From positions 1-12,032 of the forward strand of contig JBBCAV010000285.1 of the NCBI GenBank assembly GCA_051382305.1: a DNA stretch of 12,032 bases, in the 5' to 3' direction. Of the stretch, positions 1-8,073 are shown piece after piece. Position numbers and translations under genes: made by a program. The stretch is from Bdellovibrionota bacterium FG-2 (lineage in GTDB: Bacteria; Bdellovibrionota; UBA1018). The notes under the pieces are model-generated. The model was given only the letters and a program-made list of their open reading frames with translations. It made no database searches and was not told the origin of the DNA. Position 1 is the first letter of the stretch, and every line of letters starts with the position of its first letter.

Positions 1-395
1 ATCCAAAGTAAGAGAGCGGAAATGCCGGTCAAACAGGAATTGCAGCGCAAACTCCAGCCCGCTGCCATCAAAAGTCCGCCTAGGTAAATGGGGTTTCGAA
101 CCCAGGTAAACGGCCATTTTACCACGAGCTCAAATCCTTTAGGGTTTGGATGCACGGTGAAGTTTCGACCCATGCTAAGAGCGGCGAGGGCTAAAAGCAA
201 GGTTCCAAGCGCTAAAATCACGGCACCCACGGCTTGATGCCAAAGCGGATAGACAAAAGGCACTGGAGGAAACGTCCCATCAAACACTGGCGCCACGGCC
301 ACAAAAAGCATCGCGCCAAACTGCAGAGTCAAAATCGTGCGCGGAGAAAGATAACGCGCGAGGATGTTTATTAAATTCGCATATCCGATAGCCAT
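1..395 (-). CDS. Isoprenylcysteine carboxylmethyltransferase (ICMT/Ste14/PEMT-like) family membrane protein, 3' end outside window
   Basis: Manual translation from ATG at 395 (SD GGAGGA 5 nt upstream) is open to the window edge: MAIGYANLINIL...LGTLLLALAALSMGRNFTVHPNPKGFELVVKWPFTWVRNPIYLGGLLMAAGW. It has several TM segments and the family motif LVxxGP[YF]xxVR[HN]PxYLG (W in place of G). Confidence 0.85.
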   Translation of the reverse strand, partial: MAIGYANLINILARYLSPRTILTLQFGAMLFVAVAPVFDGTFPPVPFVYPLWHQAVGAVILALGTLLLALAALSMGRNFTVHPNPKGFELVVKWPFTWVRNPIYLGGLLMAAGWSLRCNSCLTGISALLLW

Positions 396-417
396 AAAAG
401 TCCTCCGGGTTTTGGGC

Positions 418-447
418 TCGACAAGGGGCCTTGCGGCATCGTAACAT
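418..447 (+). promoter_or_regulatory. Putative sigma70-type promoter of DUF4438-typA
   Basis: TCGACA (418-423), 18-nt spacer, TAACAT (442-447). ATG at 455 follows after 7 nt with no SD. Confidence 0.4.
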
Positions 448-454
448 CATACCC

Positions 455-1175
455 ATGTTAAAGACAAACGAACGCCGCCTAGCAAAAGTCAGACTTCAAG
501 GAAACATCGCGCCCGTCTACGGCGTTGGATGGGAGATTTGCTATGATGGTAAAAATCGTATGGTCCCGAGTGTGGGAGGAATTACTCTAAACTTCAAGAT
601 CGGTGATTTGGCTAACCACGGTGTTGCAGACCACCTTGAGCCTGCGGTTTCATCGACAATGGAGCCGGGGTTAGATGGCAAGGCAGGGAGCATTAGAAAC
701 AAGGGCTATAACACGTTTGCATGTGTCGGTAACGAAGCGACCCTCGTTTTGGGTAAGGCGAAGGGCTGACCTGTTCAAGAAGATGAACGTGCGGCAGGTG
801 GGAAAGAAGCTCGAAGTTAGGGTCACGCATCTGATTCCGGCGGTAGTGATGGGCTCGGGGCTTGGCAGTAGTTCGCCATTTAAGGGCGATTACGATATTC
901 AGACCTCTGATCGAGGGGCGAATGAGCAGTTTCGGCTCGATACGCTGAGATTGGGTGATATCGTTGCTATTTTGGATCATGACAGCTCGCAAGGCTGGTC
1001 GTATCAGCAGGGAGCGGTTTCGATCGGAGTCGTGATTCATGGGGACTCCATGAACGCGGGTCACGGCCCTGGTTGTCAAACGATATTGACATCCTGTGCA
1101 GGAAACATTATTCCTAAGGTCGATTCGAGCGCTAATATCGGGCGTCTCCTCAAAATCGGAAGGTATAGGCGCTAG
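455..1175 (+). pseudogene. DUF4438 (TM_1086-like) protein, disrupted by apparent internal deletion and frameshift at ~765-767
   Basis: Frame 1 (455-769) has MLKTN, GGITLNFKIGD, DHLEPAVS and CVGNEA..GKAKG*. The +1 frame from 768 has DLFKK, MGSGLG, DYDIQT, LRLGDIVAILDHD, GAVSIGVVIH and AGHGPG. These are DUF4438 motifs in the correct order, but the family's central TGKHGG...GQG block is absent. Confidence 0.8.
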
Positions 1176-1180
1176 ATTAT

Positions 1181-3040
1181 ATGCAGTTTAGAAATGTTTG
1201 TATTATTGCCCATGTTGACCATGGCAAGACGACTCTTGTCGATTTTCTCTTAAAACAAGGGGGTTCTTTCTTAAGCCATCAGCATGTTGAAGATCGCGTG
1301 ATGGATTCGATGGACCTTGAGCGCGAGCGTGGAATTACCATTCTCTCCAAAAATACCTCGGTTCGCATTGGCGACACCAAGATCAATATCGTGGATACTC
1401 CTGGCCACTCTGACTTTGGGGGCGAAGTAGAGCGCATTATGGGGATGGTTGATGGCGCATTGTTGCTCGTTGATGCGGCTGAAGGGCCGTTGCCTCAAAC
1501 CCGCTTTGTGCTTCAAAAAGCGCTAGCTCAGGGGTTACGCGTGATTCTTGTTATTAACAAGGTGGACCGGCCTGACGCCCGTGTTGATGAGGTCGTAAAC
1601 CAAGCTTTTGATCTTTTCTGTGACTTGGGTGCCTCTGAGGTCCAAACGGATTTTCCGATTATATATGCTTGTGCACGCCAGGGATGGTGCACCCCTAATT
1701 TTGAAGAAGTGCCCGCGCTTTTGGAGGGTTCGAAAAAAGGCAATCTCTCTTCGCTGTTTGATACGGTGGTGAATGTTGTTCCTCCCCCCAAGGTTGAAAC
1801 CGAGGGGTTTCGGATGTTGATTTCAAATCTTGCCTACTCTGATTATGTCGGGCGTTTGGCAGTGGGACGCGTGAGTTCAGGGGTGTTGAAACGGAATCAG
1901 CGCATTGTCAGGCGGGGCGTGGATGCGAATGGCGCCGACCTATCGGAGTCGTTCAATGTGAGCCGCGTTTACACCTTTGAAGGGCTTAAACAGGTCGAAG
2001 TCGAGGAGCTTGTTTCTGGCGATATCGGAATGGTCGCAGGGAGTGAAAGGACCGAGATTGGGGACACCCTCACTGAAAACGATGTGATGAAGCCGAGTCC
2101 TCGTATCAAGGTGGAAAAACCAACTCTAGGAATGATTTTTTCAGTCAACACCTCTCCTTTGGCGGGACAAGACGGCGAAGCGATTCAATCCCGAAAACTT
2201 CGAGATCGCCTCGTGCGTGAAGTGCGCCAAAACGTGGCGCTCCGCTTGGAAGAAACGGGCGGCACGGATCAGTTTAGAATTTTAGGTCGCGGTGAGCTTC
2301 AGTTTGCCATCTTGATTGAGCAGATGAGACGCGAGAATTATGAGTTTATGGTGGGAAAACCCACCGTGCTTTATCAGACCGACAGTGAAGGTCGAACCTT
2401 GGAACCCATGGAACGCGCGGTTTTGGATTTGCCTGAAAGAGCGTCCGGAGATGTGACCCGTGTGTTTCAGAGTCGTAAGGGGTTACTCGTTAAATTTGAC
2501 GCAAGTCATGCTACGGCGATTTCGAATCGCGTGAGGCTCGAGTTTGACATCCCAAGTCGTGGCCTATTGGGAATGCGCTCCAGGTATTTGACGCTCACCA
2601 AAGGAGAGGGGCTGTACAGTACCCAACTTTTGGGGTTTGGTCCCCACAAGGGCGAGATTTTACATCGCTCAGGCGGTGCGCTTATTGCGGATCGAGCTGG
2701 AGATACGATTGAGTACGGCCTTTTGGGCCTTGAGGATCGCGGGATTTTGTTCTTAAACCCCGGAGTCGCCGTCTACGAAGGGATGATTATCGGTGAGGCC
2801 GCCAAGGAAAACGATATGAACGTCAATCCTTGTCGCGGAAAAAAGTTGACGAATATTCGCGCAGCGCATGCAGAATTATTGGTTACACTCTCGGGTATTC
2901 GGGATCTCTCGTTGGAGCAGAGCTTAGAGTGGATTGATGAAGATGAATGGATTGAGGTTACTCCCAAGAATGTTCGCTTGAGGAAGAAAGTGCTTCCTCA
3001 GAATTTGAGAAGCGTCAAAAGAGAAGAGCGAATAAAGTAA
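1181..3040 (+). CDS. typA: Translational GTPase TypA/BipA
   Basis: 619 aa with [60 protein letters not shown] and the C-terminal [11 protein letters not shown]. Confidence 0.97.
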   Translation: MQFRNVCIIAHVDHGKTTLVDFLLKQGGSFLSHQHVEDRVMDSMDLERERGITILSKNTSVRIGDTKINIVDTPGHSDFGGEVERIMGMVDGALLLVDAAEGPLPQTRFVLQKALAQGLRVILVINKVDRPDARVDEVVNQAFDLFCDLGASEVQTDFPIIYACARQGWCTPNFEEVPALLEGSKKGNLSSLFDTVVNVVPPPKVETEGFRMLISNLAYSDYVGRLAVGRVSSGVLKRNQRIVRRGVDANGADLSESFNVSRVYTFEGLKQVEVEELVSGDIGMVAGSERTEIGDTLTENDVMKPSPRIKVEKPTLGMIFSVNTSPLAGQDGEAIQSRKLRDRLVREVRQNVALRLEETGGTDQFRILGRGELQFAILIEQMRRENYEFMVGKPTVLYQTDSEGRTLEPMERAVLDLPERASGDVTRVFQSRKGLLVKFDASHATAISNRVRLEFDIPSRGLLGMRSRYLTLTKGEGLYSTQLLGFGPHKGEILHRSGGALIADRAGDTIEYGLLGLEDRGILFLNPGVAVYEGMIIGEAAKENDMNVNPCRGKKLTNIRAAHAELLVTLSGIRDLSLEQSLEWIDEDEWIEVTPKNVRLRKKVLPQNLRSVKREERIK

Positions 3041-3060
3041 GCTTTCAAGTTAATTTCATG

Positions 3061-3089
3061 TTGCCCGCTCTCTCAGCTTCCCCTACGAT
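3061..3089 (+). promoter_or_regulatory. Putative sigma70-type promoter of the cheX-like gene
   Basis: TTGCCC (3061-3066), 17-nt spacer, TACGAT (3084-3089). ATG at 3096 follows after 6 nt. Confidence 0.5.
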
Positions 3090-3095
3090 TTAGGG

Positions 3096-4136
3096 ATGGC
3101 AGCACAAATCGATTTTAATTTTTTGACGCCCTTTATTGAGGGCGCCAGCAAAGCTCTACGGGATCTTTGTAATATTTCTCCGCGAATTGACAAAGTCGCG
3201 CCAGCGTCTGAAGTCGAAGATCTTCCGATTGCGATTGCGGGCGTGATCGGGATTACGGGCGCTAAGTATCGTGGCGCCATGACAATTGGTTTTCCAAAAG
3301 AAGTTTTTCTCCACGTCATGAGTAAGATGCTCGGAGAGGATTATAAAGAGATCACCCCGGACCTCGCTGACGGTGCAGCCGAATTGTCGAATATCGTTTT
3401 TGGTCAGGCTAAGATGACTCTTAATCAGCTGGGTCATAATATTCAAATGGCTTTGCCCAATGTCGTGATGGGAAAAGAAGTCGCCTCACGGCCTTCAAAT
3501 AATGCCAATGCCGCAAGAATCATTTTTGAAACTGCGGCGGGTCCCTTCATGATCGAGTTTGTGGGGAATGTAGTCGCTGGCGATAAAACGATAGCGCCCG
3601 CAGCGACCCCAGCCCCTCCACCCGGAGTTTTGGGGGCGGAGCCGCCAAAACTTGATGGCAAAGTGCTGATGACGTTTGTGGATGGAATCAAAAAGGCTAT
3701 GACCATACAATTTGGAGCGGAGCCCAAGCCGCTTGCTCCTTATCAAAAAACGCCGGACAAAAGATATCAGTTCGATATTGGGGGCATGATCGGCGTGAAC
3801 AGTAATTCTTTTGGGGGCACGTTCGCGATTTGTTTTGCGAAGAAAGCGTTCATCAAAATTCTCGAATCGATGATGGGGGAGCCGGTCCCTGAGATTACGC
3901 GCGAGCACGAAGATGCGGCAACTGAGATTGTGAATATTACCTTTGGCGAGGCAAAACGAGTCTTAAATGAAAAGGGCTATGGGTTAGAGATGGCGATTCC
4001 CACCATTATTCGGGGAAAAGAAGTGGAATCTCTGTATCCTTCGCGCAAGCCCCCCATCGTTTTACCCTTCGAAGTATTTGACAGCAATATTTGGATTGAG
4101 TTTGCGTTTGGGGCGGATGCGAAGAAGAAGAAGTAA
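3096..4136 (+). CDS. cheX: Tandem two-domain CheX (CheC-like) response-regulator phosphatase
   Basis: Two ~155-aa repeats, each with G-x-I-G, D-x3-E-x2-N-I-x-F-G-x-A-K (E96/N99 and E277/N280) and MA[LI]P, joined by a Pro/Ala-rich linker. Confidence 0.88.
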   Translation: MAAQIDFNFLTPFIEGASKALRDLCNISPRIDKVAPASEVEDLPIAIAGVIGITGAKYRGAMTIGFPKEVFLHVMSKMLGEDYKEITPDLADGAAELSNIVFGQAKMTLNQLGHNIQMALPNVVMGKEVASRPSNNANAARIIFETAAGPFMIEFVGNVVAGDKTIAPAATPAPPPGVLGAEPPKLDGKVLMTFVDGIKKAMTIQFGAEPKPLAPYQKTPDKRYQFDIGGMIGVNSNSFGGTFAICFAKKAFIKILESMMGEPVPEITREHEDAATEIVNITFGEAKRVLNEKGYGLEMAIPTIIRGKEVESLYPSRKPPIVLPFEVFDSNIWIEFAFGADAKKKK

Positions 4137-4349
4137 AGTTGGCGGTAGCCAGTTAGTGATATATCGCTGACCAAAATGCGTTGAATGACTGACCAGTTTG
4201 CAGGGTGGGGAGTAAATGCGCGGAACTGTTGGGTAAGTGAGGATTTGCAATCACTGCGCTTGCTCTGTGCTCAGCACAATCAATGGGAGGCGATTCGACA
4301 TTTTGGTGACGAGAAGATGTCGCAATTCGTGCCGGGGTTGAAGTGAGGC

Positions 4350-4375
4350 AAAAGGCGCCAATGTTTTGACGTCTT
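4350..4375 (-). terminator. Possible weak intrinsic terminator after the 86-aa ORF
   Basis: Imperfect inverted repeat AAGGCGCCAA-TGTT-TTGACGTCTT (4352-4375). On the - strand it directly follows the TGA and ends in a T4 run. Confidence 0.3.
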
Positions 4376-4635
4376 CACCACGACTCACGCACGAGCTTTG
4401 CAATGGCAATGCGTCGTTGAGTCAACCAGCGGCTCGTCTCGGCTGATTTAATGTCGAGCGTGTTCTCGAGAAGCCGTTTTTCCAGGGGAGAACACAGCGG
4501 ATTCCAGTGATGTTCCCAAGCGCTTAAGGTTGCATGCGCGACGACTTGGGGCCGATCAATTGCCGGATTTAGGCCCCGCATCTTCTGCTGGAGATATTCT
4601 TGGAGAATCTGAATAGAAAAAACAAGTTCCCTCAT
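4375..4635 (-). CDS. Hypothetical protein, 86 aa (MRELVFSIQ...KLVRESW)
   Basis: ATG at 4635 with AGGT just upstream avoids overlap with the + strand NTase gene. The ORF fills otherwise empty space and looks helical. No family recognised. Confidence 0.45.
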   Translation of the reverse strand: MRELVFSIQILQEYLQQKMRGLNPAIDRPQVVAHATLSAWEHHWNPLCSPLEKRLLENTLDIKSAETSRWLTQRRIAIAKLVRESW

Positions 4636-4678
4636 ATAACCTAGAAACAGTTTAGCTGAAAAAGTGGGAGACCCAAAG

Positions 4679-5158
4679 ATGAATTCGTTAGAGCTTGAAA
4701 CGACCCTAGAATTTTTGACGGGTGGATCTTTGGTTAAATTCGAGTTTGAGAGTGGCCGCGCCACTGAAGACATCGATATTGTTCGTATTCGTCATGATAC
4801 CTTGTCAGATGAAGCGAGTAGGAACGAACTTTACCGCTGGCTCATTCAAAGGGGCTCTGGCCCCGAGTGGGTTAATACTGCGGTGGAGCCTTTTCTTAAC
4901 GAGGTTCCTGATTGGAAAAAGGAAGTCGTATTGATTCGTAACGGATCAGCCGGAAACATTTTTCGCCCCAGTCTCACGCTTTTCATTTTCCTTAAGCTAA
5001 GGCGGGGAACGCCTATTGATTTTCAAGACATCGGCCATGCGATTAAGCATTGCCCTGAGGGGGTTGAAATCAACAAACTGAAGCTTTGGGGCTCGGCTCC
5101 GATTTGTGAAAAATACCGGAAAATTGCCGTTTCTTTTGGCCTGCCCCCCTGGGATTAA
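4679..5158 (+). CDS. Nucleotidyltransferase-fold protein, DUF6036/AbiEii-like
   Basis: GGS...R-A-T-E-D-I-D-I-V polymerase-beta NTase motif, W-x-N, and C-terminal K-L-x-R-x4-D-x2-D. SD GGGAG (4666-4670) is 8 nt before ATG 4679. Its stop overlaps the convergent stop in TTAA (5155-5158). Confidence 0.72.
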   Translation: MNSLELETTLEFLTGGSLVKFEFESGRATEDIDIVRIRHDTLSDEASRNELYRWLIQRGSGPEWVNTAVEPFLNEVPDWKKEVVLIRNGSAGNIFRPSLTLFIFLKLRRGTPIDFQDIGHAIKHCPEGVEINKLKLWGSAPICEKYRKIAVSFGLPPWD

Positions 5159-6483
5159 ATCGCCTTCAATGCGTGCGTGAGATCCGCGATCAAATCATCG
5201 GAGCTCTCAAGGCCCACGGACAGACGGATCATGCTCTCGGTGATTCCGCATTCATCCAAATCCAGAGGTGTCATATCCGAATGAGTCATGCTTCGTGGAT
5301 GCTCAATCAGCGATTCGGTTCCACCGAGTGAGACCGCCAAGTGACAAATTCTGACGGCATCCAAAAATCGGAAAGCCGAAGCACGATCATTTTTCTTAAG
5401 ATAGAAACTCATTACGGCACCGGTTCCGGTGCATTGCTTATTGTATGTTTTCCAGTCACTGCCATCGGTTTTGGTAAGAAGCCCTGGGAAAATGACCTTG
5501 GCCACCTTCGGGTGACGCGAAAGAGCGGTGGCGACTTTCATCGCTTTTTCAGACTGTCTTGCCATGCGAACCCAGACCGTTTCGATGGAGCGGGCGAGTA
5601 GCCAGGCCGTATCGGGGGCAACGGTGGCTCCTAAAATGGTTCGGTAATCTCGAATCGGGCCGATGTGTTCTTTAGTCCGCGTTAGTACAACCCCCGCGAT
5701 AATGTCGCTATGGCCGCCTAGGAACTTTGTCGCCGAATAAAGCACGATATCGGCGCCCAGACGAAACGGGCTTTGGAACACGGGCCCTAAGAAGGTGTTA
5801 TCGACTGCGATGAGAGTCTTTGGCCCCGAAAACTGGCGGGCAAAACCCGTCACGGCTTCGATGTCGGTCATCGTTAGAGTGGGGTTGGCGGGGGTCTCAA
5901 TAAAGACCATGTCATAAGGGCCTTCTTTGCGAAGGATTTCTTTGACGTTGGCGAGATCGCTCATGTCGACCCCATGAGCGGTGATTCCAAACCGTTTGGG
6001 ACAAAACTCCTTGAAGAAAAGATACGAGCCGCCGTAAACGGGCGAGGAGTAGAGAATTTTTCCGCCCTTGGGGACGAGGGCCAGGATGGTGGTGGTGATG
6101 GCACTCATTCCTGAGGGGAAAAGCGCCGCGGCCGTTGCTCCAATTTCAGCAGCGACCAGCTTGTCTTCCGTGATTTCGATATTAGGATTGTTGATTCGGG
6201 AGTACACGAGGCCAGGCTCTTTGCCGTCGTTGCCGGGTAAATGGTAGGCCCGCTCAAAAAACTTGGCCCCATCCGCAGCACTTGCAAATTCAAAAGTCGA
6301 GGTTCGGAAAACGGGGGCCTTTACAGCGCCTTCAGAGAGGCGTGAGCGGTAGCCCGCCAAGATGACCGAAGTCGCGGGGTGATACTCACGAAGGGGGTCT
6401 TTGTAGTGATGTGGGTAGTGATGTGGGTAGTGAGTTTTTGGGGATCCAGATTGGCTCGGTTTTTTTTTCTTGGTGGGCGCCAT
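5155..6483 (-). CDS. PLP-dependent methionine gamma-lyase / cystathionine gamma-synthase family enzyme
   Basis: 442 aa with SEGAVKAPVFRTSTF, YSRINNPN, SGMSAI, ETPANP, DNTF, the PLP-lysine motif SATKFLGGHSD, AVSLGGTESL and IRLSVGLE. Confidence 0.92.
   Translation of the reverse strand: MAPTKKKKPSQSGSPKTHYPHHYPHHYKDPLREYHPATSVILAGYRSRLSEGAVKAPVFRTSTFEFASAADGAKFFERAYHLPGNDGKEPGLVYSRINNPNIEITEDKLVAAEIGATAAALFPSGMSAITTTILALVPKGGKILYSSPVYGGSYLFFKEFCPKRFGITAHGVDMSDLANVKEILRKEGPYDMVFIETPANPTLTMTDIEAVTGFARQFSGPKTLIAVDNTFLGPVFQSPFRLGADIVLYSATKFLGGHSDIIAGVVLTRTKEHIGPIRDYRTILGATVAPDTAWLLARSIETVWVRMARQSEKAMKVATALSRHPKVAKVIFPGLLTKTDGSDWKTYNKQCTGTGAVMSFYLKKNDRASAFRFLDAVRICHLAVSLGGTESLIEHPRSMTHSDMTPLDLDECGITESMIRLSVGLESSDDLIADLTHALKAI
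6403..6433. repeat. 12-bp tandem repeat (GTAGTGATGTGG x2.6) encoding HYPH-HYPH-HY
   Basis: Exact copies at 6403-6414 and 6415-6426, partial copy at 6427-6433. Confidence 0.9.
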
Positions 6484-6498
6484 AATTGATTAAAACGC

Positions 6499-6527
6499 TA
6501 GCACATGCTCGGGTCTTTTGTTAGATT
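6499..6527 (+). promoter_or_regulatory. Putative extended -10 promoter of the permease operon
   Basis: TG-n-TAGATT (6519-6527) with weak -35 TAGCAC (6499-6504) at 17 nt. A purine-rich SD precedes GTG 6556. Confidence 0.35.
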
Positions 6528-6555
6528 TTTTGGAAATTACTAAAGGGGGGATTCT

Positions 6556-8073
6556 GTGAAACAACTTTTCTTACGCAAACCCGTGGGGACTTTAGGCGCT
6601 CATGAGGGGGGACTGCATCGTGTCTTGGATGCGTTCAATCTCACGACCCTTGGGATTGGGGGCATCATTGGCGCGGGGATTTTTGTGCTCACAGGTCAGG
6701 CTGCCGCAGAGTATGCAGGTCCTGCGATTGTGCTTTCGTTTGTTCTCTCAGGCGGGGCTGCCGCGTTAGCCGGGCTTTGCTATGCTGAATTTGCGGCCAT
6801 GATCCCGATCGCAGGGAGTGCGTATACCTACGCCTACTCTGCATTAGGCGAATTGCTCGCCTGGATCATTGGCTGGGATTTGGTGCTGGAGTATTTATTT
6901 GGTGCGGCAAGTGTTGCGGTGGGTTGGTCAGGATATGTGACCAGCTTCTTGAAGGACTGGGGAATATTTATTCCTCCGTCTTTAACGGCTGCGACTGGGA
7001 CGGAGTTGATCAAGCTTCCCGATATGGGCTGGGTTCAGGCCTCCCAGGGACTCGTGGCAGAGCTTGCGCAAAAAGGGGTGTTAGTTGATGCCTTGCCTCA
7101 TGCGACCGCGTTAATGAATTTGCCTGCAATGCTCATTATTTTGGTGATGTCCTCCTTGTTAGTCGTTGGGATCAAAGAATCAGCTAATTTTAATAATATA
7201 ATCGTGGTTCTGAAAGTCGCCGTGATTCTTCTTTTTATTGGCTTTGGAATTTCCTATATCAAAATGGAAAACCTAACCCCCTTCTTGCCTTCTAATACTG
7301 GGGAATTTGGTCATTTTGGTTGGAGTGGTATCGCGCGTGGAGCGGGGGTTGTGTTTTTCGCCTATATTGGTTTTGATGCAGTTTCAACTGCGGCCCTTGA
7401 AGCCAAAAATCCGCAGCGCGATATGCCGGTTGGAATCTTAGGTTCCTTGGCGATTTGTTCCGTGCTCTATATTCTTGTCGCGGTGGTCATGACCGGAATG
7501 GTAAGTTACACGCACCTTGCGGTGGCCGATCCCATTGCCGTGGCGGTGGATGCCGCGGGGCCTGGTCTTTTTTGGTTGCGACCTTTGATAAAGATGGGCG
7601 CGATTGCCGGCCTAAGTTCGGTCGTTTTGGTGATGCTTATGGGACAGGCACGAATCTTTTTTTCCATGGCCCAAGACGGACTTCTGCCTTCAGTTTTGGC
7701 AAAAATTCATCCCCGTTTTAGGACCCCTTGGGTGCCGACTGTCATGATTTGTTTTGTGGCGATGGCTCTGGCCGGCCTTTTTCCCATCGGAATATTAGGT
7801 GAAATGGTTTCTATCGGAACGCTGCTTGCTTTTGCGATTGTGAGTCTCGGTGTGTTGGTGCTGCGAAAAACCGATCCTGATTTGCCCCGCAGTTTTCGCA
7901 CGCCGTGGATGCCTTGGGTTCCGATTCTTGGGGTTGTGACGTCCCTCTTTGAAATGGTCTTTTTGCCTCTTGCGACCTGGATCCGACTCCTCGTATGGCT
8001 CGCGTTGGGGATGGGAATGTACTTTGCTTATGGAGTTCGCCATAGCCGCCTCAGAAAGAGTGCTTTAAAATGA
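6556..8073 (+). CDS. APC superfamily amino-acid permease (CAT/ApcT-like, ~12 TM)
   Basis: GAGIF (TM1), CYAEFAAMIPIAGSAYTY, WIIGWDLVLEY, FFAYIGFDAVST, EAKNPQRDMP, DGLLP, HPRFRTP and YGVRHSRL. Confidence 0.95.
   Translation: MKQLFLRKPVGTLGAHEGGLHRVLDAFNLTTLGIGGIIGAGIFVLTGQAAAEYAGPAIVLSFVLSGGAAALAGLCYAEFAAMIPIAGSAYTYAYSALGELLAWIIGWDLVLEYLFGAASVAVGWSGYVTSFLKDWGIFIPPSLTAATGTELIKLPDMGWVQASQGLVAELAQKGVLVDALPHATALMNLPAMLIILVMSSLLVVGIKESANFNNIIVVLKVAVILLFIGFGISYIKMENLTPFLPSNTGEFGHFGWSGIARGAGVVFFAYIGFDAVSTAALEAKNPQRDMPVGILGSLAICSVLYILVAVVMTGMVSYTHLAVADPIAVAVDAAGPGLFWLRPLIKMGAIAGLSSVVLVMLMGQARIFFSMAQDGLLPSVLAKIHPRFRTPWVPTVMICFVAMALAGLFPIGILGEMVSIGTLLAFAIVSLGVLVLRKTDPDLPRSFRTPWMPWVPILGVVTSLFEMVFLPLATWIRLLVWLALGMGMYFAYGVRHSRLRKSALK

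Noticed and set aside
431..454. TTG start at 431 given by the ORF track
   Set aside because: Family similarity begins at MLKTN (ATG 455), and 431-454 holds the putative -10 box.
755..770. prfB-like programmed +1 frameshift at GGC-TGA-C
   Set aside because: GGC to GCT re-pairing is poor, and a frameshift would not restore the missing conserved block. A deletion explains both observations.
4352..4377. Selenocysteine read-through (UGA followed by a hairpin and an open frame)
   Set aside because: The loop on the - strand (AACA) lacks the usual G and lies too close to the UGA, and there is no selenoprotein-like context.
4636..4773. Upstream extension of the minus ORF to 4773
   Set aside because: It would overlap the well-supported NTase gene head-to-head. 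ATG 4635 is more plausible.
5155..5158. TTAA shared by convergent stop codons as an insertion target site
   Set aside because: Common compact convergent overlap, with no matching duplication or terminal repeats identified.
6403..6433. CRISPR-like repeat
   Set aside because: Contiguous 12-bp in-frame repeat with no spacers or cas genes.
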